Both the position numbers and the translations under genes were made by a program. A DNA stretch of 64,000 nucleotides from Puniceicoccales bacterium. Its GTDB lineage: Bacteria > Verrucomicrobiota > Verrucomicrobiia > Opitutales > UBA9783. A model generated the notes under the pieces. That model saw only the letters and a program-made list of their open reading frames with translations. It was not told the origin of the DNA and made no database searches. This document shows, in pieces, positions 38,561-49,697 of this stretch. Positions within the stretch are counted from its first letter, which is position 1; each line of letters starts with the position of its first letter. The stretch lies in the NCBI GenBank assembly GCA_031266455.1, contig JAISBA010000012.1, positions 1,151 to 65,150 of the forward strand. Reading direction: 5' to 3'.

Positions 38561-39772
38561 ATGAAAAAATTTGCATGCCTAGTAATTGTACTATTTTTAT
38601 GCGCGTGCTCAAATTATAATTCGTATAATAGGTTGGGAAAAGATATATCGCGGAAGAAGTTTTGGGATACACCCAAGATGGGAACTAATATGTTTAATGC
38701 GCGTGTGCTGCGGGAGGACGTAAGGGCTGCTAAGGGATACAAAATAGAGTTCATTCGACTGGCCCTTGACAAATTTCCCACAAAAAGAAGAGATTTTTTA
38801 ATTGGGGACACCGACCTTTATGAAGGCTTAGACCAAGATGACTTGTTGACGTTGAAAAAAGTTCTCGATATCTGTTCGGCAGAAAATATGCCGGTTGTCA
38901 TCACCCTACTTAGCCTTCCGGGAAGTCGTTGGACGCAAAATAATGGCAATGAGGACGATTTAAGCATTTGGAACGATGTTAACTTTCAACAACAGGCGGC
39001 AAAATTTTGGAAAGATCTGGCGTCTGAATTAAGCAATTATCCCATCATCGTTGGGTACAATATCTTGAACGAACCACATCCGGAGAGGCTGTTTGACCGC
39101 CAGCATTATCATATTGAAAATGTAAAACAAAAAGAAGCTCAAAACATGCTGTCCAATCTTTATCGTTTAGTCGTTCAAGCAATCAGACAAGTTGATGCAG
39201 ATACCCCGATTATCCTAGATAGTTCTGCCTATGCCGATCCAAACACATTTAAATATCTCAATCCGATAAATGATGAAAACATCCTCTATTCATTTCACAT
39301 GTATGAGCCCTACGAATACACCAATCACCAACATAATCACGGGCGATATACTTACCCTGGAAAAATAAAAGACCAATATTGGGATAAAAAAACTCTTATA
39401 AAATATATGGAAAGCGTAAGTGAATTTCAAAAGCGCAACAAAATTCCTTCCAGCAAAATTTTGGTAGGCGAATTTGGATGTTACAGAAAGCAAAAAGGAT
39501 TATCCAAGTATTTTTCAGACCTCATATCTATTTTTAACGCCAAAGGATGGCATTGGGCTTTTTACGCATTTAGGGAAGATTCTTGGGATGGCATGGACTA
39601 TGAATTAGGTGACAAACGCTTGCCTTGGACTTACTGGAAATCCGTAGAAAAAGGCGAAATGCCTATCCTTGATAGGAAAGATATACATCCTCAATTTTCA
39701 GTGCTGAAAAAAGCGCTCATGCGGCACCCAAGGAAAAATGGCGCAATCAATGAAAAAATCAGGAAAACCTAA
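38561..39772 (+). CDS. GH5-family glycoside hydrolase (cellulase-like) lipoprotein
   Basis: Lipobox LFLCAC, the acid/base motif GYNILNEPHPE, and the nucleophile motif LVGEFG. Start set at the ATG at 38561, clear of tRNA-Pro. Confidence 0.75.
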   Translation: MKKFACLVIVLFLCACSNYNSYNRLGKDISRKKFWDTPKMGTNMFNARVLREDVRAAKGYKIEFIRLALDKFPTKRRDFLIGDTDLYEGLDQDDLLTLKKVLDICSAENMPVVITLLSLPGSRWTQNNGNEDDLSIWNDVNFQQQAAKFWKDLASELSNYPIIVGYNILNEPHPERLFDRQHYHIENVKQKEAQNMLSNLYRLVVQAIRQVDADTPIILDSSAYADPNTFKYLNPINDENILYSFHMYEPYEYTNHQHNHGRYTYPGKIKDQYWDKKTLIKYMESVSEFQKRNKIPSSKILVGEFGCYRKQKGLSKYFSDLISIFNAKGWHWAFYAFREDSWDGMDYELGDKRLPWTYWKSVEKGEMPILDRKDIHPQFSVLKKALMRHPRKNGAINEKIRKT

Positions 39773-39801
39773 GTCCCTATAAAAATGTTTATAAAAACCT
39801 T

Positions 39802-40968
39802 TTACCCTAAACATTGCTGCAAAATACGCTTCACGTCTTCCTGCGTTAAATGTGCATAACTTGTCGGAAATGGATGGATGGTTGCAGCCATTGCATCGAT
39901 ATCTTCCGGAGAAATTCCAATTTCCTGCAAGGTTACCGGAGCCCCAATGGACTTAAAATAGGCACGTGTTTTTTCAACGCCTTCTAGGGCAATGACTTCT
40001 TCCGTTTTTCCCACGCAATCCAAGTGCCAAATGCGCTGCGCGTAGCGGACAAATTTTTTTGGGACTTTTTGACAGATATATTTTAAATAAACGGGATGTA
40101 CAACCGCTAGTCCGGCACCATGAGGCACATCATAAAATGCCGAAAGAGCGTGCTCAATTTTGTGTCCCATCCAATCTTGCTCTTTTCCCAAACCGAGAAG
40201 TCCATTGAGTGCCATTGAACTGGCCCATAGAATGTTGGAACGTGCCGTGTAGTCTTTGGGGTTATTTAAAGCCACGGCTAGGTTTTCCATAACATTTTTC
40301 ATCAACGCTTCTGCAATATCATCGCTTACATTCGACGTATCCGGAGTAGAAAAGTAAACTTCGAAAATATGCGAAAGAATATCTACGCACCCAAAGACCA
40401 TTTGAGCTTTGGGTACCGAGTACGTATAAATGGGATCTAAAATCGAAAATCTGGGATATAACAAGTCGTTTTCATAGGCAAGTTTTAGATGTTTTTGCCA
40501 ATGGGTAATCACACAGGTCGCATTCATCTCACTCCCCGTTGCAGCCATCGTCAACACAACACCCAAGGGTAAAGCCTCACAAATGGGTTCCTGCCCAATC
40601 AGCAAGGCTTCCCAAAAATCGCCGTCCAATTTTGCACTTGCGGCAATAAACTTCGAACAATCGATCACGCTGCCTCCCCCAACGGCTAAGATAAAATCTA
40701 TTGCGTGATCACGGCACATCCGAATACCCTCGTAGACTTTTTCTGTCCGCGGATTTGCCATAATACCGCCCAATTCGAATACATTTTTGTGAGCCGTCTT
40801 TAGACTATCCAAAACCGCCTGATAAATACCATTGCGTTTAATGCTACCGCCGCCGTAGGCTAATAGTACGTTGGGGCCGAATTTTTCAAGCTCGCAAGTC
40901 AATTTTGAAATCGAATTTTCTCCAAAATGAATCCGTACAGGGTTGTAAAAATCAAATGTGTTCATCAT
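39802..40968 (-). CDS. Iron-containing alcohol dehydrogenase (YqhD/butanol dehydrogenase-like)
   Basis: FDFYNPVRIHFGENSI, AVGGGSVIDCSKFIA, and metal His motifs (HKIEHALSAFYDVPHGAGLA). Confidence 0.9.
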   Translation of the reverse strand: MMNTFDFYNPVRIHFGENSISKLTCELEKFGPNVLLAYGGGSIKRNGIYQAVLDSLKTAHKNVFELGGIMANPRTEKVYEGIRMCRDHAIDFILAVGGGSVIDCSKFIAASAKLDGDFWEALLIGQEPICEALPLGVVLTMAATGSEMNATCVITHWQKHLKLAYENDLLYPRFSILDPIYTYSVPKAQMVFGCVDILSHIFEVYFSTPDTSNVSDDIAEALMKNVMENLAVALNNPKDYTARSNILWASSMALNGLLGLGKEQDWMGHKIEHALSAFYDVPHGAGLAVVHPVYLKYICQKVPKKFVRYAQRIWHLDCVGKTEEVIALEGVEKTRAYFKSIGAPVTLQEIGISPEDIDAMAATIHPFPTSYAHLTQEDVKRILQQCLG

Positions 40969-41113
40969 CTTTTAACTAAACAATAAGGTAACATGGCGAA
41001 TCATTACACCAGATGGTAGTTATTTTTTACGATACTCCCATCTCTGGTTTGAACAAGAGAAATTTTGCAGATAAATTACCCCAAATATGCAGGATTTGTA
41101 ATTAAAAGTTGTA

Positions 41114-42262
41114 TTACCACCATACGCTGAAATGTTGATCTGTGTCTTTAATATTTACTTTTTGCCCTATCATGGGGGTCAAAAGACGTATATCCTTATC
41201 TTTACACAACTGTGTGATTTCATTAAGAGGTTCATTCCATGTGTGGGTTGAAAGTGAGAATTTGGAATTGTGTACCGGCAATAAAGCCTTCGCACAGAGA
41301 TCCTCTGCGGCCATCAGGGTCTCAGTTGGGTACGTATGTATATGCTTCCAATTCTCATGGTATTGCCCATTTTCAAGGATTGCTAGGTTTGTCGGCCCGT
41401 GTTTTTCCCCAATCTCTTTAAAATGTGGACAATACCCACCATCTCCTCCGATATATATCTTAAATTCGCTGGAAGATATAAGCAAAAACGCGCCCCACAG
41501 AGATTTGTTACGTGTAAAACCTCGTCCTGAAAAATGCTGAGTTGGACAACATATCATGCGAAATCCATCCTCTAGTTCGACTTCATCATACCAGTCCATC
41601 TCCAATAGTTTTGACTGAGCAACCCCCCAATGCTCGAAATGAGCTCCAACGCCAAGTGGACAAATTATTTGCTTCGCTTTTAACTTTGTTACCGTTTCAT
41701 AATCCAGATGATCCCAGTGATCGTGAGTGATGATCAGATAATCAAGTTCTGGTATTTCGGTGGTTGCGTACACACGGGTTCCTCGAAATGCAACCGGGAA
41801 GAAGGGAATCGGCGATGAAACATCGCTTAATACAGGATCGACGGCTATGCGCTTTCCTTCGATTTGTATAAAATATGAAGAATGTCCAAACCATACCAGG
41901 ATGTCTTCATTTTTGTTTAGATTTATTAAATTTGTCTTGATGCTAGGTATATTAATATCGTTTTTGCTAGTGATAAATTTGCCAATAATACCGAGCAATT
42001 TTTTATATGCGTTTAGTTTGCATATCGAAGTATCCGTGCGAAGTTTGTAAATATTTTGAAATTTTCTGTTTTTATAGTTTGTGGACTTTTGAATCTTTTC
42101 TAAACGAATACCACTTGGGATACTGCCAAATTTTGGTGAATGCACATACATAGCGATTAATACAGCCATCCCTATTGTAGCAACTGATATGTATAAAAGA
42201 TACTTCATAAATATCCAACTAATTTTGTCTAGAGTTGAATTTGTTTCTCGATAGTACCCCAC
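41114..42262 (-). CDS. MBL-fold metallo-hydrolase (NAPE-PLD-like) with N-terminal TM anchor
   Basis: ITHDHWDHLD (HxHxDH) motif, an N-terminal hydrophobic helix, and a late GGDGGY motif. Confidence 0.8.
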   Translation of the reverse strand: MGYYRETNSTLDKISWIFMKYLLYISVATIGMAVLIAMYVHSPKFGSIPSGIRLEKIQKSTNYKNRKFQNIYKLRTDTSICKLNAYKKLLGIIGKFITSKNDINIPSIKTNLINLNKNEDILVWFGHSSYFIQIEGKRIAVDPVLSDVSSPIPFFPVAFRGTRVYATTEIPELDYLIITHDHWDHLDYETVTKLKAKQIICPLGVGAHFEHWGVAQSKLLEMDWYDEVELEDGFRMICCPTQHFSGRGFTRNKSLWGAFLLISSSEFKIYIGGDGGYCPHFKEIGEKHGPTNLAILENGQYHENWKHIHTYPTETLMAAEDLCAKALLPVHNSKFSLSTHTWNEPLNEITQLCKDKDIRLLTPMIGQKVNIKDTDQHFSVWW

Positions 42263-42411
42263 TTAACTCCGTCATTCCCATAATTTTAACCCTATATCGA
42301 CGATGATTGAGGAAATCCCAAAATCTGCAGGTAATCCCCGAAAGCCTTCAGAAACCAACAATTCTAAGCCATCACAGAAAATTCCACGAAGTGCGTCCGA
42401 TCCAATATTTC

Positions 42412-42501
42412 TGGCGGAGAGAGAGGGATTCGAACCCTCGGTGGAGTTACCTCCACACCTGATTTCGAGTCAGGCACAATCGTCCACTCTGCCATCTCTC
42501 C
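42412..42501 (-). tRNA. tRNA-Ser (anticodon CGA)
   Basis: Reverse complement GGAGAGATGGCAGAGTGGACGATTGTGCCTGACTCGAAATCAGG + long variable arm + GGGTTCGAATCCCTCTCTCTCCGCCA. Confidence 0.9.
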
Positions 42502-42742
42502 GGTACCTTTCTTAAAAAAACTTCTAGCGGCCTCCATCACAAGAAAAAATGAATGCATTTTAACATTTTACCCAACTAAAATAAACATCCTATGTACCCT
42601 GTAGTTTTCCTATCATAATAGCATTATCTGCCGGTGAATTTATTCTTAAGTTACAGTAAAAGCAAACGCAATAAACCTATAAAAAAGCTTGTTGTTTCAA
42701 AAAATTTGCATTTTAGTAAAGGCGTTTGTTGGAATTTTCTAT

Positions 42743-42818
42743 GGGCTCTTAGCTCAGCGGTTAGAGCAGAGGACTCATAATCCTTTGGTCGTAGGTTCGA
42801 ATCCTACAGGGCCCACCA
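42743..42818 (+). tRNA. Elongator-type tRNA with CAT anticodon (tRNA-Met or lysidine-modified tRNA-Ile2)
   Basis: GGGCTCTTAGCTCAGCGGTTAGAGCAGAGGACTCATAATCCTTTGGTCGTAGGTTCGAATCCTACAGGGCCCACCA. The G1-C72 pair excludes an initiator. The body resembles E. coli ileX as I recall it. Confidence 0.9.
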
Positions 42819-42898
42819 GGATAATGTTACGTTCGTATGATTGCCGAGAGAGGGTGTGGGCAATGTTGTCTTAGGATAAAAATTGAAAGTATTGGGAT

Positions 42899-43696
42899 AT
42901 GCATGAGTTAAGTTTTTTATACTTCGGCGACATTGTGGGGCGTCCCGGAAGAACTTTTCTCACAAAATATTTACCCAAATTGCAGTCCCAATATCATCCG
43001 ACATTTATTTTTGCCAATGGCGAAAATGCCGCCGGAGGTTTTGGCCTAACATACTCCATCGCAGAAGAGCTCAAACGATCGGGCATTCATGGAATTTCTA
43101 TGGGGAACCATATTTGGGATCAAAAGGGGTTCTGGAATGAAATCGATCGCATGGATTACCTCTGCAGGCCCGCCAATTTACCTGAAGCATGCCCAGGAAA
43201 GACTTATATCGTTGTTGAAAATCAAAGCGTTAAGGTGGCACTTTTTGGACTTTTAGGTCGTAGTTTCATGAATATACCCTTAAATTGTCCATTTAAAACG
43301 GCTGAAAAAATTTTAAAAGAAATAAAAGCTCGGGGTATACATAATATCATTGTGGATGTCCATGCCGAAACCACGTCTGAAAAATACGCACTCGGTTGGT
43401 TTCTAAACAAACATGCCGTTACGAGTGTTTTGGGTACGCACACGCATGTACAAACTGCGGATGCGCACCTGATGCACCAAAATACGGCTTTCATAACCGA
43501 TTTGGGTATGTGCGGAGTCGCGCGGGGGATCCTAGGATTCCGCATCGAACCTGTCATAGAGAAACTCATGTGCGGGAAGCCTACTCGCTTTGAAGTGGCG
43601 ACAGGTCCCTCCATGCTCAATGGAGTATGGGTGAAATTCAATGCAGCCCATGGACAGGCTACCCACATTGAACCTATCTCAATTATTGAAACGTAA
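42899..43696 (+). CDS. ymdB: YmdB-family metallophosphoesterase (TIGR00282-like)
   Basis: FGDIVGRPGR, ANGENAAGGFGLT, MGNHIWD, DVHAETTSEK and GTHTHVQTAD are the conserved metal-binding blocks. Confidence 0.85.
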   Translation: MHELSFLYFGDIVGRPGRTFLTKYLPKLQSQYHPTFIFANGENAAGGFGLTYSIAEELKRSGIHGISMGNHIWDQKGFWNEIDRMDYLCRPANLPEACPGKTYIVVENQSVKVALFGLLGRSFMNIPLNCPFKTAEKILKEIKARGIHNIIVDVHAETTSEKYALGWFLNKHAVTSVLGTHTHVQTADAHLMHQNTAFITDLGMCGVARGILGFRIEPVIEKLMCGKPTRFEVATGPSMLNGVWVKFNAAHGQATHIEPISIIET

Positions 43697-43965
43697 TTTA
43701 CGCCCTGTATTCATTTTAAACCTACAATAAAAACTTAAGAGGGTTGCCTCGATTGCCATGCTGCAAAAAATAGAATAATTTTCTTGAAATTTTTTCATTT
43801 TGCAAAGCAATTACTTCTCCATAACGCACCCTTTTAGTAAAATGATCCCCTTGTTTAAGAACACAATTGACTGATCTACAGCAGACAAACATTGTTTTTG
43901 GCATAAAAATAGCTTGTAAAAATATGCATTAAAATTATTATAATCCTTACTATACCTTGCAAAAA

Positions 43966-44259
43966 ATGACACTCAAATATCTGTTAAAAACAATCTCCGT
44001 TCTTGCAAGCGGACTTGCGTTGCAAGCTCATGCCGTCAATACTCAAAATGCCTCAAAGTCCTTAGAAGGTATGCTGAGCAAAAAGTCACTCGATGTATTC
44101 GCCGTTGAAGAACTTTTTCTGGAAGATACGCAACCCAACAGAAAGTCAAGTGGTGATAGCCCAGCTTCAAAACCAGTTTCAAAACCAGCTTCAAAAACAT
44201 CTTTGGACGACGTATGGGGAGTTAACGAGCAGCCTTTTAATGAAGAAGACCCATGGTAA
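43966..44259 (+). CDS. Small secreted hypothetical protein
   Basis: Signal peptide MTLKYLLKTISVLASGLALQAHA, then a Ser/Lys/Pro-rich SKPVSKPASK stretch. No recognised family. Confidence 0.4.
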   Translation: MTLKYLLKTISVLASGLALQAHAVNTQNASKSLEGMLSKKSLDVFAVEELFLEDTQPNRKSSGDSPASKPVSKPASKTSLDDVWGVNEQPFNEEDPW

Positions 44260-44324
44260 TTGGATGGACGTACAAAAGCTTGGAGCGGTATCTTTCCCTC
44301 ATATAACAATCATCTTCATTACTA

Positions 44325-47300
44325 TTAGGCTAATTTCCCCATTTTAAAATCTTTCCTGGGGAAGGGTGCAATATCCATGGGTATAATTTCAACCCCATGA
44401 ACCGATGGGTGTATTTTGAGCGCTTTCAAGTCTTTCATCGACAAATAAGTTTTACAACATGTGGGTAAAGAACCTTCCAATGCATATGCGTCACTGTGAT
44501 GGAAACTCACTTTCATTTCCACATTACCCTCTTTTTCGTGTATTAATTTCGACAGACGTTCCATAAAATCTTGCACCTCTCGCTCCGGAAATAAAATCCA
44601 ATGACACTGCTGAATGAAGTGAGGGAATTGCTGTTCAAAATTAAATACGCGCAGTGTATTGAGTTGATAGCCATCCGACGTCTTTTTTACCTGTCCTTCG
44701 ACAATTAACAAAGTACCCTCGTGTACGCAATGTGCGTAGGTATCAAAGGTATCCGAAAATAGCTGCAAATCGTATCGCGCTTCTTTTGTGGATAAAGAAA
44801 AAGACAACCAAGGCCGATTTGTTTTCTTGGAAATACGTTTATTCACTTCTTCGACAACGCCGCATAAACGAAAACTCTCGCCATTGGGAACAAGAGGCCA
44901 TTCCTCCAATTGAAATGTTTGAAAAATCTTTTCCACACCTTCCAATGCATCCAAAGGATGACCCGATAAGTAAAATCCCAAAAGTTCTCGTTCATAATTA
45001 AGCTGCTCAAAAAGTGGCATTTCATGGAGGCATTTTTCACCCGAAGTTCGTGGCGCCGAAGGCATTTGTTCCGGCAATAAATGGGTTTCCATGTCATCAA
45101 AATCAAACAAAGTCGTCTGGCCCTTATTGCGATCTATCTGGGCCACAGACGCTTCTTTAAGGAGACTATCCATGTGATCTAAAAGATAACGCCGACCTTC
45201 CTGGAGGCTATCAAAGGCTCCCGCCTTTATTAAGCACTCAACGACGCGCTTATTCAAAGCTTTCGCATCTACACGTTTGGCAAAATCAACAAAGGATTTA
45301 AAAAGTCCACGCATTCTACGTTCTTCCAAAATACACTTTGCAACCCCATCGCCAACCCCTTTAATGGCCGCCAAACCGAATCGAATTTGCTTTTTATGGG
45401 CATGAGTAATAGGACTAAACGCATCTTCAGATTCATTGATATCCGGACCCAAAATTTCAATCCCCAAAGAAGATCGACAGTTTTCTATAAAAAATGATAA
45501 CTTATCCGCGTTTCCGAGTTCAGAAGACAAAATAGCAGCCATGTATTGTGTTGGGAAATTTGCTTTTAAATAAGCCGTCTGGTAAATGATAATGGCGTAC
45601 GCGTCCGAATGCGATTTATTGAATCCATAACCGGCGAATTTGGCCAAAATATCAAAAATTTCATTGGCCTTTGTTTCATCGATACTGTGATACTTCCAGG
45701 CTCCTTCGACAAAAATTGCCCGCTGCGCCTGCATCACGTCCACTTTTTTTTTGCCCATGGCGCGACGTAAAATATCCGCACCGCCAAGACTGTACCCCGC
45801 AATCACCCGTGCAGCTTCCATCACCTGTTCTTGGAATACCAAAACGCCATACGTCTTGCAACAAATGGTTTCCAAGAGTGGATGTACGTAATGAATCTCC
45901 TCTGGATGCTTTTTACCATTGACGTAATCAGGAATCCATTCCATGGGTCCAGGGCGATTGAGGGCGCTCAGGGCACTAATTTCGTCGATGGAACTCATCT
46001 CAAATTGCTGGCAAATACGTTGCACAAACGGTGATTCCAATTGAAATACACCAATGGTTTCACCCGCATTTAGCATCTTGAAAGTATTTACATCATCGAA
46101 TGGAATGGAATGGATATCAAATTCTTTGAACTCGGGTAATGTTCGAATGAAACACTGCGCATCATCGATAATCGTCAATGTCTTAAGTCCCAAAAAATCC
46201 ATCTTTAGAAGCCCCAACGATTCCACAAATTCCTTAGAATACTGCGTTGTTAAAGCCCCTTCCTGCATCGTTACGGGCACAATGTCGGTCAAGGGCTTAT
46301 CTCCAATGATCACGCCGCACGCGTGCGTTCCAGAATTGCGAACCACACCTTCTAAAATTTGACCCTCGGTAAATATTTTCTCGGCCAGAGGATTTGTATT
46401 GAGTTCCTGTTTTAGTTCGTATGACTTTTCCAACGCCGAGGACAGAGTAATTTTTAAATCGTCCGGAACCATCTTTGACCACCGATCGGCTTCACTGTAA
46501 GGAACGTCATACACACGCGCTAAATCCCTTACGACCATTTTTGCCCCCAAAGTACCAAACGTAATGATGTTACTTACGTTGGATTCTCCATACGTCTTCC
46601 GAACGTATCCGATGACTTCCTCCCTACGACGCATGCAAAAGTCAACATCTATATCCGGAGGCGATACGCGTTCTGGATTCAAGAAGCGTTCAAATAATAG
46701 ATTGAAGCGCATAGGATCCGTATCCGTAATCATTAAAACGTACGCTACTAGGGAACCTGCTACGGATCCACGTCCAGGACCTACAGAAATGCCTTGTTGT
46801 TTAGCCCAATAAATGAAGTCCCAGACAATGAGAAAATAATCTATGAAACCCGCTTCTTCAATAGTGTGCCATTCATATTTTAACCGCTCAATAACTTCCT
46901 GCGCACTCATTCCATGGATATCGGGCCCAGAACCCGTTTCAAAATGAATACCGTAACGTTTCAGCAAACCTTCCGTACACAAACCTTTAAATAAAGCCAA
47001 ACGATTGCCATATTTCTCTTGCAGTTCATCCGTTAGATGAAATACTGGGTAATGACTTTCTCCGAAAGGTAACTTAACATCGCACATTTCAGCTACCTGC
47101 AGCGTATTATCCAATACCTCTTCGTTGCCCTTAAAGGCTTGTTCCATTTCTTGCCTAGATTTTAAATAAAATTGTCGTGTTGGCATACGCATACGTTGAG
47201 CATCTTTAATTTTGCTGCCCGTCTGAATACACAAAAGGGCATCCTGCGCTTCCCAATCTTCCGGATACACGTAATGCACATCGTTAGTTGCCACACATCG

Positions 47301-47921
47301 CACCCCACAGGCTTTAGCCAAATCTAATAACTGTGGAATTTGTTCGACCTGCTCTGGCATCCCTTGATTTTGAACTTCGACAAAAAAATTTTCTTTGCCA
47401 AAAATATCAATAAATTCTCCCAACGCTTTTTTCGCTTTTCCAAATTCATTGCGTAACAAGAATTGAGGTAGCACACCATTGAGGCAACCCGAAGTTGCGA
47501 CGAGACCTTTGGCATGTCGCGCCAATTGTTCCATATCCGTTCGAGGTTTGTAGTAAAAACCACGAACGTGAGCATCGGATATAAGTTGCGTTAAATTTTG
47601 GTAACCTGTCCAATCTTTGGCAATTAAACACGTATGCGCCAATTTTAAATTTTCTTCACCCTGGTCGCGTTTCTTCTCCAACCGCGAACCTTCGTACAGC
47701 AAATACGCTTCACATCCCAACAAAGGTTTTATACCCATATCCAGAGCCGTTTTGTAGAATTGAGGCACTCCAAATAGATTACCGTGGTCAGTGATGGCTA
47801 GAGCAGGCATTGCGAATTCATGGGCACGCTTTAATAAACGATCCACACGGCACGCACCATCCAACAAACTGTAATCGGAATGTACGTGCAAATGGACAAA
47901 TTGCTTGGATTCTCTCGTCAT
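44325..47921 (-). CDS. dnaE: DNA polymerase III subunit alpha
   Basis: PHP domain [15 protein letters not shown], the polymerase core ([16 protein letters not shown]), and an OB-fold C-terminus. 1198 aa. Confidence 0.95.
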   Translation of the reverse strand: MTRESKQFVHLHVHSDYSLLDGACRVDRLLKRAHEFAMPALAITDHGNLFGVPQFYKTALDMGIKPLLGCEAYLLYEGSRLEKKRDQGEENLKLAHTCLIAKDWTGYQNLTQLISDAHVRGFYYKPRTDMEQLARHAKGLVATSGCLNGVLPQFLLRNEFGKAKKALGEFIDIFGKENFFVEVQNQGMPEQVEQIPQLLDLAKACGVRCVATNDVHYVYPEDWEAQDALLCIQTGSKIKDAQRMRMPTRQFYLKSRQEMEQAFKGNEEVLDNTLQVAEMCDVKLPFGESHYPVFHLTDELQEKYGNRLALFKGLCTEGLLKRYGIHFETGSGPDIHGMSAQEVIERLKYEWHTIEEAGFIDYFLIVWDFIYWAKQQGISVGPGRGSVAGSLVAYVLMITDTDPMRFNLLFERFLNPERVSPPDIDVDFCMRRREEVIGYVRKTYGESNVSNIITFGTLGAKMVVRDLARVYDVPYSEADRWSKMVPDDLKITLSSALEKSYELKQELNTNPLAEKIFTEGQILEGVVRNSGTHACGVIIGDKPLTDIVPVTMQEGALTTQYSKEFVESLGLLKMDFLGLKTLTIIDDAQCFIRTLPEFKEFDIHSIPFDDVNTFKMLNAGETIGVFQLESPFVQRICQQFEMSSIDEISALSALNRPGPMEWIPDYVNGKKHPEEIHYVHPLLETICCKTYGVLVFQEQVMEAARVIAGYSLGGADILRRAMGKKKVDVMQAQRAIFVEGAWKYHSIDETKANEIFDILAKFAGYGFNKSHSDAYAIIIYQTAYLKANFPTQYMAAILSSELGNADKLSFFIENCRSSLGIEILGPDINESEDAFSPITHAHKKQIRFGLAAIKGVGDGVAKCILEERRMRGLFKSFVDFAKRVDAKALNKRVVECLIKAGAFDSLQEGRRYLLDHMDSLLKEASVAQIDRNKGQTTLFDFDDMETHLLPEQMPSAPRTSGEKCLHEMPLFEQLNYERELLGFYLSGHPLDALEGVEKIFQTFQLEEWPLVPNGESFRLCGVVEEVNKRISKKTNRPWLSFSLSTKEARYDLQLFSDTFDTYAHCVHEGTLLIVEGQVKKTSDGYQLNTLRVFNFEQQFPHFIQQCHWILFPEREVQDFMERLSKLIHEKEGNVEMKVSFHHSDAYALEGSLPTCCKTYLSMKDLKALKIHPSVHGVEIIPMDIAPFPRKDFKMGKLA

Positions 47922-48090
47922 CTTACTTCATTCAACCAACTCCAATTATTTCGTCCACATAAATAATACTTTTTTGCAAGTCGTATTATTCTAAGCAACC
48001 TTTGGGTCACTTTATATGCAAAAACATTCAAAAAGACCTTGCATTCCCATGCGGTACTTTTTTAGGGTAGTGATCAAATAGGATTTTTAT

Positions 48091-48324
48091 ATGTCGCGTA
48101 TTTGTTATATTACTCAAAAAAAGCGAGTAGTAGGATCTCGGATCAGTCGAAAAGGGCAATCTAAAAAAAGTGGTGGTATTGGTACGCACGTAACAAAGAA
48201 AGTTACAAGAATTTTCAAACCCAATTTACAAAAGATAAAAATTAAGCTGCCAAAGGGGCAGATAAAGCGTGTTTGGGTGAGCGTTAAAGCCATTAAAGCG
48301 GGCCTTGTTGAAAAGGTTGTTTAA
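48091..48324 (+). CDS. rpmB: 50S ribosomal protein L28
   Basis: MSRICYITQKK..VG...S....K....F.PNLQ is the typical L28 pattern. 77 aa. Confidence 0.9.
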   Translation: MSRICYITQKKRVVGSRISRKGQSKKSGGIGTHVTKKVTRIFKPNLQKIKIKLPKGQIKRVWVSVKAIKAGLVEKVV

Positions 48325-48380
48325 TTTCACCATCGCTTGTAGGTTACTCTTAATTACATTTTATTTTTAAAAATGTTCGC

Positions 48381-49220
48381 ATGCGTGTTGGCGAAATTTT
48401 AAACGTTTTGACTCAGTTTTTCCAAAGGCAGGGTATTGAAAATGCGCATGTGGATGCAGAATTGTTGATTGCCGATGTTCTCCGGTGTAAACGTTTAGAT
48501 CTTTTCTTAAATCACGATAAACCATTGACCTCACAACAGGCAGATGCTTTGCGTACCTATGCAAGGTTACGCGCACAAAAACATCCTCTACAATACATCC
48601 TGGGATCCGTTGACTTCTATGGTCAGCATCTTAAAGTAGATTCACGCGTCCTTATTCCCAGACCCGAAACCGAAGAGCTCATCCATCAACTGAGCGAACA
48701 CTGGGGTAACACGCCGTCTCAACGAGTTATAGATCTGGGGACAGGCAGTGGTGCTATTGCTATTACCTTGGCTGCTTTATTTCCTTATATGGATATCACT
48801 GCCAGCGATATGCACGCGGATGCATTGTGTTTAGCTATCGAAAATGCAACTTTCAATCGTGTAGCGCATAAAATTCAATTTTTACATTCCGATTGGTTTG
48901 AAAAAATTCCTCATCATTTCGACTGCATTATTTCAAATCCTCCCTATTTAACGGAACAAGAATGGATATCGGCCCAACCCGAAGTCAAATATTTTGAACC
49001 CAAACACGCGTTAGTTTCAAAAGGCAATGGATTGGACGACATAAAAAAATTACTCCACCAAGGCATACAGCACCTCAACCCCCATGGATGCATTGTTTTG
49101 GAAACAGGCGTGGATCAGCATAGTTATTTACACTCTTTTGCCAAAAAATGCGGCTACAGGGACGCAAAAACAACGCTCGATCTGCATAAAAGGGAACGTT
49201 TCTTCTGGGCTTGGTTGTAG
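48381..49220 (+). CDS. prmC: Release factor glutamine N5-methyltransferase
   Basis: PLQYILG, VLIPRPETE, DLGTGSGAIAI and IISNPPY are PrmC/HemK motifs. Confidence 0.9.
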   Translation: MRVGEILNVLTQFFQRQGIENAHVDAELLIADVLRCKRLDLFLNHDKPLTSQQADALRTYARLRAQKHPLQYILGSVDFYGQHLKVDSRVLIPRPETEELIHQLSEHWGNTPSQRVIDLGTGSGAIAITLAALFPYMDITASDMHADALCLAIENATFNRVAHKIQFLHSDWFEKIPHHFDCIISNPPYLTEQEWISAQPEVKYFEPKHALVSKGNGLDDIKKLLHQGIQHLNPHGCIVLETGVDQHSYLHSFAKKCGYRDAKTTLDLHKRERFFWAWL

Positions 49221-49374
49221 AAATTTATTTTCACAGGTTCTGCGTTGATACAATTTTGAGATTTTTACACCTAATAAATGGAGACTAACATCTAGATTTG
49301 TTATTTTATTCCTACAAGATAAAGTAATTCAACGACATCCATAGGCTAAATATTATTATAGCTTCTCTATCTAT

Positions 49375-49464
<90 letters not shown>

Positions 49465-49654
49465 GCATTTTCAGAAATTTTATGCACAAAATCGCCTTTA
49501 GGTGCAACACAAAAATTGTAAAGTGGCCTAAGATTCATTCCAAATAGACCTTACCATGGATTGGTGTGTACTTACGCGTGAATATTTATATGAATAGTTA
49601 TTGGCAATCGAAGCCTCTAGGGGAATTTACATTTCTCTTTTTGCTATAAAAGCA

Positions 49655-49680
49655 AAAATGCTACCCGAAGGTAGCATTTT
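49655..49680 (-). terminator. Intrinsic terminator after the [YF]GC-repeat gene
   Basis: AAAATGCTACC-(TTCG on the minus strand)-GGTAGCATTTT hairpin, 18 nt after the stop. It is preceded on the plus strand by a second small inverted repeat, TTTTGCT ATAA AGCAAAA (49639-49656). Confidence 0.55.
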
Positions 49681-49697
49681 GTAAAAGAAGTACGGGA

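Noticed and set aside
38459-42501. Possible genomic islet (GH5 lipoprotein, Fe-ADH, MBL hydrolase) bracketed by tRNA-Pro and tRNA-Ser
   Set aside because: There is no integrase, no duplicated tRNA 3' end or flanking direct repeats, and no obvious compositional break by eye. The genes look like ordinary metabolic genes.
43222-43668. 148-aa minus-strand ORF inside ymdB
   Set aside because: It is antisense to a gene with all conserved YmdB motif blocks, and its composition is Cys/Ser/Thr-rich and junk-like.
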